A stretch of 64,000 bases of DNA from a virus. Every line of letters starts with the position of its first letter. Within the stretch, counting starts at the first letter, position 1. Below the pieces are notes generated by a model. It did not search any database. It saw only the letters and a program-made list of their open reading frames with translations, and was not told the origin of the DNA. Made by a program: the position numbers and the translations under genes. Shown piece after piece: positions 44,467 through 52,979 of this stretch. The stretch lies in the IMG/VR virus record IMGVR_UViG_3300031146_000002, positions 177 to 64,176 of that record; one strand, 5' to 3'.

Positions 44467-46806
44467 TCACCGGTTAGGGCGGGGGCGCTTCCGCCAACCG
44501 TACCTGCGGGCGTACGCGAGGACCGCGGGGTTGTCGGTCTCCCCGTAGGTGTGGAACCACTCGGCCCACGCCTCGGCGTACCCCTCCGATGCGTCGGTTT
44601 GCCCGTACTCCCCGAGGTGGTGCATGTGCCCGGCGTGGAAGTCGTGATCCGAGCCGTCCCCGCCTCGCCGCTCCGGGTCCACGATGTGACCCCACTCGTG
44701 GGCGAGCGTGTACGCGCCCGGTGACACCGAGCTCGAGCTCGGCATGTAGAACCCCGGCCCGGGGCCCTGGTCGGGGATGCCCGACCGGCGGCGGCCTGTG
44801 AACCGGTCGTCATACAAGAAGATGGTCCGCGAGTCTGGCCACGCGAACGCGGTTAGGTCGGCCAGCGCCGCGAACGGGAAGTGCTGGCGGATACCGGCGC
44901 GCGACTCGAACCGCACGGTGACCGGCTCGGGGAAGTCCTCGCCGGTCAGCGCGATCAGTTCGTCGATCTCGGCGAGAGCCGCCTCCCGGTGGTCATCGGG
45001 TACGTCAGCGTCCCACGAGACGATCATGGTGTGGGGCCCGTTGACGTACACGTCGTCGGGCGGGTTGTCGTCGAGCCGGGCCAGCGCCTCCTCGAGCCGG
45101 GCCTGGAACTGGTCGAGTTCCTCCTGCGACGGGTCCGGGTGTTCCCGACGGAACATCTCCTCCAAGGACCGACGCAGGCTGTCCTTGCGCCGCTCCATGA
45201 CCTCCCGACCGTCAACCCGGTACCACCGGCCGGGCTGGTAGTCCTCGGGTACCTCGTCGAGAGGTGTGATGCCGTGGCTCGACTGGTCACGGATAGCGGC
45301 GAGCAGGCGCCGCTCGGCCGCGGCCCGGTCGCTACTGCTCTGGCCGAGCCTCCGCGGCGGCTGAAAGCCCGGCTTGGGCCGCGGGGTCGTTGGTGAGGTG
45401 GAGCCCAGCGTGATGGGTCCGGGCGGACCAATCTCGACCGGCTCGTCCGGGGCCTCGCCGAGCAGCCGGCGCAGGTCGTCCTCGCTGGTGTCGCGGAAGC
45501 TCGACGTGATGCCGAACCGGTCCCGGGCCTCGTCGTACAGGTCCGCCTTGGTCCGGCGTCGGGCGGCGGGACGGGCCGCCTGCGCCACCGCCCGATCGAC
45601 CGACGCCCTGTCGCTTCTGCGTGGCGCCTCACGGTCCCCGGACGGTGTGGCTGCCGATCCCACTGCGGACCGGGTGTCCGGAACGGCATCGGCGTTCGGC
45701 GTAGGTGAGGAGTCACGGCCACGCACAGCAGCGGGAATGACCGCCTCCACACGGTCATCGGTGACCCGGACCAGGCCGTCGCGCTCCAGCTGCCGTACCG
45801 TCTCGCCCGTGAGCGGAACGCTGTCCATGAGCGTTCGCACCGACCGGCTGGTCTCCGGGTCGCCGCGCAGCAGCAGGGCGTACAGCTGGCCTGCGGTGGT
45901 GAGCCGCAGGACCTGCTCCGGTTCACCTCGTGGGCCCGTGCCCATCTGGCCGACCTCGGCCAGGCCGTGCTCCATGAGCCACGACGAGGTGGCCTCGTCG
46001 ACGTCGGCCGCGCGGAGCCCGGTGCTCTCCGACAGCCGGTCGATCACGGCCCGGTCCGGGCCTTGGCCGGCCGCCCCTGTGGCCGAGGTCGTCGCCGGCC
46101 GGCGAGGCGTAGCCGGTCGCCGGGGTGTGGCCGGGGCGGCGGCCGGTGTCGCGGGAGCCTCGCCGGGCTGACCGGCCAGGTGTGCCCTGATACGGGCGAT
46201 CAGGTCGGGCTTCTCCCCGTCCTCGGGGAGCCCGTAGTAGCGGGCGAGGTTACGCAGCCCGGCCTTCGGCATCCGGTCGAGCACCGACGGGTCCGCCGTC
46301 CAGTCACCGAACATCCGCTGCGCGGCCTCGAAGCCGGTGATGGTGCCGCCATCGGCGGTCGGGTAGGTGGCCGCCAACGGCGACTGGCGAGCGGCCGGCG
46401 CGGTGGTCTTCTTCGCCGGCGGCACGGCCTTCGCCGGTGTGGCCTTGGCCGGGGTCGCCTTCTTGGCCGCCGTCTTCTTCGCGGCCGCCGGCGTCGTCTT
46501 GACCGGGGGCGCCGTCCGCTTCGTCGGGGTCGGCTCCGCACGTGACGCGGCCGGGGGCACGCGGGGAGCCCGCACAGCGGTCTGGCGGGGCTGCTGCGCC
46601 GGCGAGGACACCGCCCCGGCGGCCAGCGCCGACCCGCCCGTGGCGCCGGCCGCCCGCCGCCGAACAGGGTCAGGAGTGTCGATGAACCGGCCCCGGTGGT
46701 CCCGCGGGTGCAGGTCCGGGTTCCAGTTCACCTTCGGCGCACGCGGCGCCCGGACTCGAGGAGCCCGAACCTTGGTCGACCACGCGGGGACGAGCAGCTG
46801 CGCCAC
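44467..46806 (-). CDS. Tagged effector: large protein with C-terminal HExxH zincin domain and Lys/Ala/Pro repeats
   Basis: MAQLLVPAWSTK...WNPDLHPRDHRGRF; AAKKTAAKKATPAKATPAK; YTLAHEWGH...YGQTDASEGYAEAWA. Confidence 0.8.
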   Translation of the reverse strand: MAQLLVPAWSTKVRAPRVRAPRAPKVNWNPDLHPRDHRGRFIDTPDPVRRRAAGATGGSALAAGAVSSPAQQPRQTAVRAPRVPPAASRAEPTPTKRTAPPVKTTPAAAKKTAAKKATPAKATPAKAVPPAKKTTAPAARQSPLAATYPTADGGTITGFEAAQRMFGDWTADPSVLDRMPKAGLRNLARYYGLPEDGEKPDLIARIRAHLAGQPGEAPATPAAAPATPRRPATPRRPATTSATGAAGQGPDRAVIDRLSESTGLRAADVDEATSSWLMEHGLAEVGQMGTGPRGEPEQVLRLTTAGQLYALLLRGDPETSRSVRTLMDSVPLTGETVRQLERDGLVRVTDDRVEAVIPAAVRGRDSSPTPNADAVPDTRSAVGSAATPSGDREAPRRSDRASVDRAVAQAARPAARRRTKADLYDEARDRFGITSSFRDTSEDDLRRLLGEAPDEPVEIGPPGPITLGSTSPTTPRPKPGFQPPRRLGQSSSDRAAAERRLLAAIRDQSSHGITPLDEVPEDYQPGRWYRVDGREVMERRKDSLRRSLEEMFRREHPDPSQEELDQFQARLEEALARLDDNPPDDVYVNGPHTMIVSWDADVPDDHREAALAEIDELIALTGEDFPEPVTVRFESRAGIRQHFPFAALADLTAFAWPDSRTIFLYDDRFTGRRRSGIPDQGPGPGFYMPSSSSVSPGAYTLAHEWGHIVDPERRGGDGSDHDFHAGHMHHLGEYGQTDASEGYAEAWAEWFHTYGETDNPAVLAYARRYGWRKRPRPNR

Positions 46807-46814
46807 GGCACGGG

Positions 46815-46842
46815 ATGCTCCCGGCTGGGTGGCCCTAACGTC
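46815..46842 (-). promoter_or_regulatory. Putative late promoter
   Basis: GACGTTAG-N14-GAGCAT-N8-GTG. Confidence 0.6.
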
Positions 46843-47068
46843 CCTCGGTCTCCGACTCCTCGCCGTCGGCCGGATCGTCGTCGTCGAGCGTCAGCTGGTC
46901 GGCGTTGCCGGCCGTCCAGCCCGCCACCCAGGCCCGGCGCATCGCAGCCTCCCAGGGCCCGCCGTCCGTCCGGAAGCGACAGTCGGTGAAGTCACGGCCC
47001 TCCTGCGCTGCCAGCAGACCCATGACCGTGGCCTGTCGCAGCTCATCCCTGGTCGGATGCCGGCTCAT
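46835..47068 (-). CDS. Rmf/CrpP-fold-like small protein
   Basis: G..AAQEG...DC.F......RRAWVAGW resembles the RMF motif; ATGA-coupled to 47065-47865. Confidence 0.55.
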   Translation of the reverse strand: MSRHPTRDELRQATVMGLLAAQEGRDFTDCRFRTDGGPWEAAMRRAWVAGWTAGNADQLTLDDDDPADGEESETEGR

Positions 47069-47865
47069 GCGACCATCCTCCTCCCACGGATCGGTCGGCC
47101 GGTCAGCCCAGGCAGCGCCTGGTCGCGTGGCGTGTCAGGGCTGCGTCGCGACGAGCGCCGCCGGCCGGGCGAGAGAACCGGCGCGTACTGGGCCCGCCAA
47201 TCGCGGAACGTCTTCCACGCTTCGGGGTGCGCCGCCCGGTAGTCCTGCAGCTCCCGGCTCGCGTACCGCTCGAAGTCACGCTCGGATGTCCAGACCCGCA
47301 GCGCCGACACCCCGGCCCGGCGGCCACGCTCGTTCACGAAGTAGCCCATCGTCTCCGCCTCGGCCGCGATCATCTGCTCCTGCACCCACGCGAGGTACTC
47401 GTTTCGCAGATACCGCATGGCGTTCATGTCGCCGCGCCGCGCCAGGATCTGCCGGGTCAGGTCCCGCAGGTACTCCTCGTTGGCCCGGGCCTCCTCGATC
47501 CGCCGCTCCCGCTCCTCACGCTCCTCGAGCAGCCGGTCAGCCTTCTCGACGAGGGTGGAGTCCCGCTCGGTGACGACCAGGAAAGCGGCCCGGAACCGCT
47601 CGCTGTTCCAGTCCCGCGTCTCCAGCTCCTGCAGGAGCTCGGCGTTCGTCATGCGCCGCGCGGCAGCAAGCACACGGGGCCGGATCGACTGCGCCGGGCT
47701 GGCCGGCTCGTCCGCGGGGGCCGCCCGGCCGCGGCCCGTACGGCGCGGCTCGGGCAGGTCGACCGCGGCCGTGAGCTTACGGATGAACCGCCCATCCGGG
47801 CCGCGCGGATGCTTGCTGGGGTCCCACGCCTTCGCAAACCACGCCGCGACCAACAGCAGTGCCAC
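47065..47865 (-). CDS. Tagged protein of unknown function
   Basis: MALLLVAAWFAK-AWDPSKHPRGPDGRF; helical C-terminal domain. Confidence 0.75.
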   Translation of the reverse strand: MALLLVAAWFAKAWDPSKHPRGPDGRFIRKLTAAVDLPEPRRTGRGRAAPADEPASPAQSIRPRVLAAARRMTNAELLQELETRDWNSERFRAAFLVVTERDSTLVEKADRLLEEREERERRIEEARANEEYLRDLTRQILARRGDMNAMRYLRNEYLAWVQEQMIAAEAETMGYFVNERGRRAGVSALRVWTSERDFERYASRELQDYRAAHPEAWKTFRDWRAQYAPVLSPGRRRSSRRSPDTPRDQALPGLTGRPIRGRRMVA

Positions 47866-47872
47866 GGCCGGG

Positions 47873-47900
47873 ATCGTCCCGGCCCAGACGGTCTACTGTC
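47873..47900 (-). promoter_or_regulatory. Putative late promoter
   Basis: GACAGTAG-N14-GACGAT-N7-GTG. Confidence 0.6.
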
Positions 47901-47961
47901 CCAGCAGTTCAGGTCAGGCGGTCGCCACGCGAACGCCGAGGATGGTGCCCTCCAGCCGGGT

Positions 47962-47999
47962 CGTCATGACTTCATGATGGCCGTCATGACGTCATGACG
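47962..47999. other. Candidate tyrosine-recombinase core site (16-bp arms, 6-bp asymmetric spacer)
   Basis: CGTCATGACTTCATGA-TGGCCG-TCATGACGTCATGACG, one mismatch; overlaps the recombinase stop codon. Confidence 0.55.
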
Positions 48000-49011
48000 G
48001 ATCGGATGGCCCGAGGAGGTCCTCGGCGATCGCGAACGACGGGTGCGTGTCCCGGTCGAGATGGGACCGGTCGTAGCCGCGCGTGGTGTTGACGCTGGCG
48101 TGGCCGGCCGCCCGCTGGAGCCGGTCGACGGGGATGCGCAGCTCGTGGCCGCGGGTGATGTAGGCGTGCCGCAGGGTGTGCGGGCCGATCGCGGCCCTGA
48201 TGCCGGCGTCCCGGCCGAGCCGGCGGATGATCCGCCACGCCTCCTTGCGGCCGAGCTGCTTCCCCATCGAGTTGCAGATGATCAGGCCTTCTCGACGGCC
48301 GGCTGCGCAGCGCATGATCCGCTCGTACGCCGGGTCGGGGAGTGGTACCTTCTCGCCCTTGTCGCCCTTGCGGACCACCCACAGCAGGTGGGTGCCGTTC
48401 TCGTAGGTGATCTCCTCCAGTCGGGCACGCAGGGCCTCGGAGACCCGCAGGCACACGAGCACCAGCAGCGCCACCAGGGCGGCCGAACGCGGCCCGTCCT
48501 GGTCGGCGGCGGCGATCAGCGCCCGGATCTCGTCCGGGGCGAGGTATGGCTGCCGCGACTCGCGGTTGACCCGCGGCCGGTCCTTGATCGGCACCGGGTT
48601 CCGGTCCGTGAACTGCTCCTCGACGCAGCGGGTGTAGAACGACGACAGGGCGGACAGGTGCCGGTTGACCGACCGGCGCGACAGCGGCCGCGGCCGCTCC
48701 ACCGCCGGGTTCCCCACCCGCTGGAGCGCGGCGGTGTAGGCGTCAACATCGGACCGCAGCGCTTCGAACGGCGGAACGTTGATGATCTGGCACCAGGTCC
48801 GCCACGACAGGTACACCCGCCGGTACTGGTCCACCGTGCCGTTCGCGAACCGCGTGCTCCGGAGCCACACTTCCGCAGCCGCGTCCGCCCGCCGCCACGG
48901 ATCGGCTTCGTCGTGCAGCGCCTCCTGCTCAGCCGCCCGGGCAGCGGCCGCGATTGAAAGGAACCGCTGCCGCACGACCTCCGGCGAGACGGCCGCCAGT
49001 GCCTGGCTCAC
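47992..49011 (-). CDS. Tyrosine recombinase (XerC/Cre-like)
   Basis: LRVSE, KGDK, HTLRH, AGH, TRGY catalytic set; start revised by GTGA coupling. Confidence 0.92.
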   Translation of the reverse strand: MSQALAAVSPEVVRQRFLSIAAAARAAEQEALHDEADPWRRADAAAEVWLRSTRFANGTVDQYRRVYLSWRTWCQIINVPPFEALRSDVDAYTAALQRVGNPAVERPRPLSRRSVNRHLSALSSFYTRCVEEQFTDRNPVPIKDRPRVNRESRQPYLAPDEIRALIAAADQDGPRSAALVALLVLVCLRVSEALRARLEEITYENGTHLLWVVRKGDKGEKVPLPDPAYERIMRCAAGRREGLIICNSMGKQLGRKEAWRIIRRLGRDAGIRAAIGPHTLRHAYITRGHELRIPVDRLQRAAGHASVNTTRGYDRSHLDRDTHPSFAIAEDLLGPSDPS

Positions 49012-49190
49012 CGTATCGCCTCCCTGTGCTGGCAGGGGCACCAGGTGGATCGCACCGTGACCAGCTGCGGCTTCCGGGTACCGTCGCAGCACTCACCCTG
49101 CTCGGGGCGGCAAGCCCCCTCGCAGGGGTTCACGACCTCGACGGCGGGGCACTGAGCGTGGTTGCCCTGGGCACATGGCTCGCAGATCAT
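49008..49190 (-). CDS. Small Cys-rich protein
   Basis: MICEPCAQGNHAQCP...CPCQH; coupled to both neighbours. Confidence 0.6.
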   Translation of the reverse strand: MICEPCAQGNHAQCPAVEVVNPCEGACRPEQGECCDGTRKPQLVTVRSTWCPCQHREAIR

Positions 49191-49882
49191 CGATGACCCT
49201 CCAAGGTGGGAGCGGAGACTCCGGTGATCCGGCACATAGTGCGGATGCACGCCCTGCAGGTGGGGTAGTCGGCATCCGGCGTGTCGAGGTCGGGGAAGTC
49301 CTGGTGACGCTGCCGGCTCGGGACCGTGCACAGCGCGGACCGGGCCGCCCGGTGGAGCCGGCCGGCGCTGAGCTCCTCGAGCGCGATGACGTGCCTGGCA
49401 CCCTGACTCCACCCCGCGTAGTGGTGGCCGCCCGAGTAGTTGTAGGCGACGGCCACGGGCACCGGGAACGCCTGGCGCAGGGCTGCCCACTCAGCCCACC
49501 GCGCGTCCTCGACGGCCGCCCGCCGCTGCTTTGCGGCCTCCCGCTCAGCCGCCTCGCGCTCACGCTGCTCGACCAGCCACGCCGGCCGCGGCGGGTCCAG
49601 GTCCCGCTCGTCCGCGATCAGCAGCATGTGCAGGTCCAGCAGAGACGGCCGCAGCCCCGGGTCGTGGCCGAGCACCGCGACTCGCCAGTCATATGGCCGG
49701 CGCAGCTCCTCGAAACGGCGCAGCTTCGCGGGGTCAACGAAGCCGCCATCGGCCCGTATCGACGCCTCGGCTGCGGCCTGCAGCTCCTCGTACCCGGGGT
49801 ACGGCGACGTCAGAGTGCCCACGATTCGTGCGGGTCGAACGGCGACGTCGCGGTGCCCCTCGCGACGAGTGATTGTCGGCAT
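49187..49882 (-). CDS. Hypothetical protein with C-terminal CxxC
   Basis: GGAGG RBS; follows hairpin element; PTCRAC. Confidence 0.7.
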   Translation of the reverse strand: MPTITRREGHRDVAVRPARIVGTLTSPYPGYEELQAAAEASIRADGGFVDPAKLRRFEELRRPYDWRVAVLGHDPGLRPSLLDLHMLLIADERDLDPPRPAWLVEQREREAAEREAAKQRRAAVEDARWAEWAALRQAFPVPVAVAYNYSGGHHYAGWSQGARHVIALEELSAGRLHRAARSALCTVPSRQRHQDFPDLDTPDADYPTCRACIRTMCRITGVSAPTLEGHR

Positions 49883-49899
49883 GTAGATCCTCCATCCGT

Positions 49900-49920
49900 G
49901 TGCGGGTCGCTCACCCGCAT
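49900..49920 (-). promoter_or_regulatory. Leader hairpin element
   Basis: ATGCGGG-TGAGCGA-CCCGCAC upstream of the RBS. Confidence 0.7.
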
Positions 49921-49924
49921 CTCA

Positions 49925-50383
49925 CTACGGTAGTGGATCGATCAGCTCTACCGGCACGCCGACCTTGCGTGCGTACCGGATGGTGGCCCACGTGCCAGAC
50001 CTCAGCTCCTGTTCGAGGGTGCGCGGGGTGGCGAGCAGGACGTTGCTCTCGTGCACGATGTGGCGGTTCCGTACGAGAGGGGGCTTCGGCTCCCGTACCT
50101 CGGCCCCAGGGACAACCGCTGCTGTGAACGCCGCCCGGTCGGACGGGTGCGAGATGATCCGGCAGCCGAGGTCGTGCGCGATCGCGCCAGCCTCGTCGTC
50201 CGCCCCAACGGCCTGGCCGTAGTGGAACACCACCTCACCGTGCTCAGCCTGCAGCTCAGCCAACCGCGCACGGAGTCGGTCACGCTGGTAGGGCGTCATG
50301 CCGGACCGGGGGCCGGTGAAGCCGACATGGAAGCCCGCGCGCAGGCTGAACAGCGCCAGATCGTGCTGCCTTCGTTCGCTCAT
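49925..50383 (-). CDS. SLOG-superfamily (YspA/DprA-like) nucleotide-binding protein
   Basis: VGFTGPR, HYGQAVGAD, RNRHIV, SGTWATIRYA. Confidence 0.8.
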   Translation of the reverse strand: MSERRQHDLALFSLRAGFHVGFTGPRSGMTPYQRDRLRARLAELQAEHGEVVFHYGQAVGADDEAGAIAHDLGCRIISHPSDRAAFTAAVVPGAEVREPKPPLVRNRHIVHESNVLLATPRTLEQELRSGTWATIRYARKVGVPVELIDPLP

Positions 50384-50670
50384 CCAAGTGCACCGGCCGC
50401 GCTGTGGGATGCGAGCAGTCTCGCATGATCAACACCGCCGAACCAGCGATCACAGATCGCCTCGGTGGAGGCCGTCATTAGATCGATGACGGCCTGTGCC
50501 TCGGGTGTCAGGCCCGACTCGGGACCAGCGCTGGGTCGCAGGTAGTCGCGAGCGGTGTTCCGCGGGTCAACGTGGCCCAACGACGCCGACAGGGGCCCGA
50601 GTCGAAGGAGCACTTCGCCGATCTGAGCCGGGTCGAGGTCCATGAACGGAGGGTGGTTTGTAGTGCTCAC
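50380..50670 (-). CDS. Hypothetical protein
   Basis: 96 aa; coupled to SLOG gene. Confidence 0.55.
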   Translation of the reverse strand: MSTTNHPPFMDLDPAQIGEVLLRLGPLSASLGHVDPRNTARDYLRPSAGPESGLTPEAQAVIDLMTASTEAICDRWFGGVDHARLLASHSAAGALG

Positions 50671-50713
50671 AGGGCCAGTCTACGCCACGAAACTGTGATT
50701 TAGCGGCACCTAG

Positions 50714-50750
50714 AAACACAGTGGCGACACGGCGTGTCGCCACTGTGTTT
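50714..50750. promoter_or_regulatory. 17-bp perfect palindrome between divergent genes (operator-like)
   Basis: AAACACAGTGGCGACAC-GGC-GTGTCGCCACTGTGTTT. Confidence 0.6.
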
Positions 50751-50780
50751 GTTCGATGTCTTGTTGGTACAGTCTTGATC

Positions 50781-51074
50781 ATGTCCGAAGGCCAAGATGA
50801 TCTCGTCCAGCGGGCGCTGCGGTCCGCCGCCTTGGATGAGCTGACGGCCGCTCGCCGGCACTACGAGGCTGTCGCCCGCACGATGAAGGAGGCGCAGGAC
50901 CGGCTGACAGCGGCGGTCGTTCGGGCCCTGCGACACAGCGACGACGTGAGCGAGATCGTGGAGGCGTCAGGGTTCTCGGCGACGTACGTCCGTCGGCTCG
51001 CGAGGGCCGCCGGGCTGCCCGCCCGCAAGGGCGGGCCAAAGCCCCGTTCGACAGGTGCGGGTGAGCGCCGGTAG
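50781..51074 (+). CDS. Small HTH DNA-binding protein
   Basis: VSEIVEASGFSATYVRRLAR; TACAGT -10-like hexamer 7 nt before ATG. Confidence 0.75.
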   Translation: MSEGQDDLVQRALRSAALDELTAARRHYEAVARTMKEAQDRLTAAVVRALRHSDDVSEIVEASGFSATYVRRLARAAGLPARKGGPKPRSTGAGERR

Positions 51075-51084
51075 CGGCAGGCCG

Positions 51085-52512
51085 TCAGCGCGCCGTTGCG
51101 CCGTCTCCTCCGATCTGGTGGCGTGCGTGCCAGGCCCGGATGTCGGCCGGCCGGTAGAGCGGCACTCCCCGGTCGGTGCCGACCGGCTCGGGGAAGTCGT
51201 CGAACTGGACGATCCACTGCCGGAGCAGCTCCCGGTTGATGCCGAGGATCTGGGCGGCGTCGCTGACGGTCTTGGCGAGGTCCTCCTGGCGGCCGGGCGC
51301 CTTGAGGGCCACCCTGCCGGGGTGGCCGGGCTCGAGCGCCAGCCACGCCCGGATCTGCTCCGGGTCGTAGTAGAACACCCCGTCCACCTCAGCGACGGGC
51401 CCAGGGAAGCCCGGCTCGCGCGACCAGGCAGCAAGCTGCTCGGGCTGCACACCGAGAGCCCGGGCGAGGTCCGCGCGGCGGACGGCGCCCGGCGGTGGCC
51501 CGCCGGCCGGCCGGTCCTGACCGGCCCGGGCCCGGATCTCCGCGAGCCGGGCCATCATGCTGGCGTACCAGTCTTGCCGGCCGCGCCGCTCGAACTCGGG
51601 CTCGAGGAGCCGGAGTCTGGCCTCCACTTCGTCCAGGTCGATGCCGGCGCCAGCGATGACTTCCCCCCAGCGACCCTCACGGTTGACCTCGGTGAGGTAC
51701 AACGCGAACGGTGAGGCGTTGCCGCGCAGGCCGGGGAACTCCTCGTAGCGCTGCCGCCGCAGTACCTCGTCGATCCCGACCTCCGGGCCGACCCCGAACG
51801 AGCCACCCTGATCGATGGGGACCGTGCGACCGTCCGGAGTCCGCATGATGTTGAGGGGGTGCCGGTCACCTTCCGCGGTGAGCAGGTCAGCGATGCCGAG
51901 CCGCACCCCGACGGGTTCAGCGGCCCAGCCTTCCTGCCGCCACGGAAGGAACCGCCAGTGGGTGCCCTCGACGTACTCCATGTAGACGGTGCCTGGCCGA
52001 TCACCGGAGACAGCGACTGGCACACCGGTGTCGAGCGCATCGAGGACCAAGGCACCCAGCTCTTCCCGCTCGGCTTCCCTCACCCCAGCCGGCGTCGGCC
52101 CGTACTCCTTCACCACGATGGACTCGCTGCCGGCGGTCCATTCTTCGATCGACCGAGCCGACCGCCTGGCCGCGGCCGCCTCCGGTGACGAGGAGGGGAA
52201 GACGCGCCGCTCGACGTGGGCGATGTTCCCACCGCCGAGCGCGATCCGGTGGTAGTCGGTACGGGCGGCCAGCTGCCGGAGCTTCTCCTGGCGTTCCCGG
52301 TACGACTCCAGCCACCGCCTCGCCGAGGCCGCCCGGTCACCGCTGCTGCTCGATCCGCCACCACGAGGGCGGGCGGCCGCGGCGAAGCTCCGTGCGGCGG
52401 GCCGCCACCGGCCGCCGACCGAGATGCCGCCGATGATGGCGCCGGAGGGCCAACGCGGCTGCAGCGGGTTGAACCGCTTGGCCTCGAATCTAGGGGTGAG
52501 CAGCACGGGCAC
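51085..52512 (-). CDS. Tagged effector: atypical (PI3/4K/HipA-like) kinase with two C-terminal MerR/Xis-like wHTH domains
   Basis: MPVLLTPRFEAK-RFNPLQPRW...GGRW; VVKE, EREE, DRHPLN, IDQG; LARALGV.PEQLAAW and AAQILGINRELLRQW. Confidence 0.82.
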   Translation of the reverse strand: MPVLLTPRFEAKRFNPLQPRWPSGAIIGGISVGGRWRPAARSFAAAARPRGGGSSSSGDRAASARRWLESYRERQEKLRQLAARTDYHRIALGGGNIAHVERRVFPSSSPEAAAARRSARSIEEWTAGSESIVVKEYGPTPAGVREAEREELGALVLDALDTGVPVAVSGDRPGTVYMEYVEGTHWRFLPWRQEGWAAEPVGVRLGIADLLTAEGDRHPLNIMRTPDGRTVPIDQGGSFGVGPEVGIDEVLRRQRYEEFPGLRGNASPFALYLTEVNREGRWGEVIAGAGIDLDEVEARLRLLEPEFERRGRQDWYASMMARLAEIRARAGQDRPAGGPPPGAVRRADLARALGVQPEQLAAWSREPGFPGPVAEVDGVFYYDPEQIRAWLALEPGHPGRVALKAPGRQEDLAKTVSDAAQILGINRELLRQWIVQFDDFPEPVGTDRGVPLYRPADIRAWHARHQIGGDGATAR

Positions 52513-52519
52513 GGGCAGC

Positions 52520-52547
52520 ATGGTGCCCCCCGTGCAGGGCTTGTGGC
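52520..52547 (-). promoter_or_regulatory. Putative late promoter
   Basis: GCCACAAG-N14-CACCAT-N7-GTG. Confidence 0.6.
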
Positions 52548-52772
52548 CTACGACAACGGCGACTCGGGCGGGATCGGGTAGAACGCGAGGTAGCCGTTCG
52601 ACCAGCCGCCCTGCATCACCTCGTCGACCACCTTGGCGACGTCGCCGTTCAGCTGCCGGATGCGGTGAGCGAGCACCATCTCCGCATCGCCCTCCAGCCG
52701 ACGCTCCTCGCCGTCGCGGACCACCGCCCCGATCGCCTCTCCGGTGCTGACCACCCGCAGTTCACGCCGCAC
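52548..52772 (-). CDS. Hypothetical protein (74 aa)
   Basis: GGGAGG RBS before GTG; start revised. Confidence 0.6.
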   Translation of the reverse strand: MRRELRVVSTGEAIGAVVRDGEERRLEGDAEMVLAHRIRQLNGDVAKVVDEVMQGGWSNGYLAFYPIPPESPLS

Positions 52773-52850
52773 CTTGTGCCTCCCTTCCCTGCACAGTCTG
52801 CCCTGAGATGTCGGTACGCGCGCCACATCAAGATCTGGTATCATCAATGT

Positions 52851-52871
52851 GTGCGGGCGAGCGACCCGCAT
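52851..52871 (+). promoter_or_regulatory. Leader hairpin element with TATCAT six nt upstream
   Basis: GGTATCAT-N6-GTGCGGG-CGAGCGA-CCCGCAT. Confidence 0.75.
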
Positions 52872-52891
52872 GAGGATGAAGTGAGGAACCG

Positions 52892-52975
52892 GTGGATCAC
52901 TCCGCCCAGCGGTACGGCCTGGACCGGAATCAGCTGGCGGCCGCGAGCCCATACCGGTACACCGGACCCGCCTGA
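52892..52975 (+). CDS. Candidate 27-aa small ORF (or sRNA)
   Basis: GAGGA RBS, GTG; MDHSAQRYGLDRNQLAAASPYRYTGPA; bracketed by promoter element and terminator. Confidence 0.4.
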   Translation: MDHSAQRYGLDRNQLAAASPYRYTGPA

Positions 52976-52979
52976 CGCG

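Noticed and set aside
47962-47999. TCATGA repeats as CRISPR or iteron array
   Set aside because: Only four hexamers forming one inverted repeat, with no spacers or cas genes; better explained as a recombinase site.
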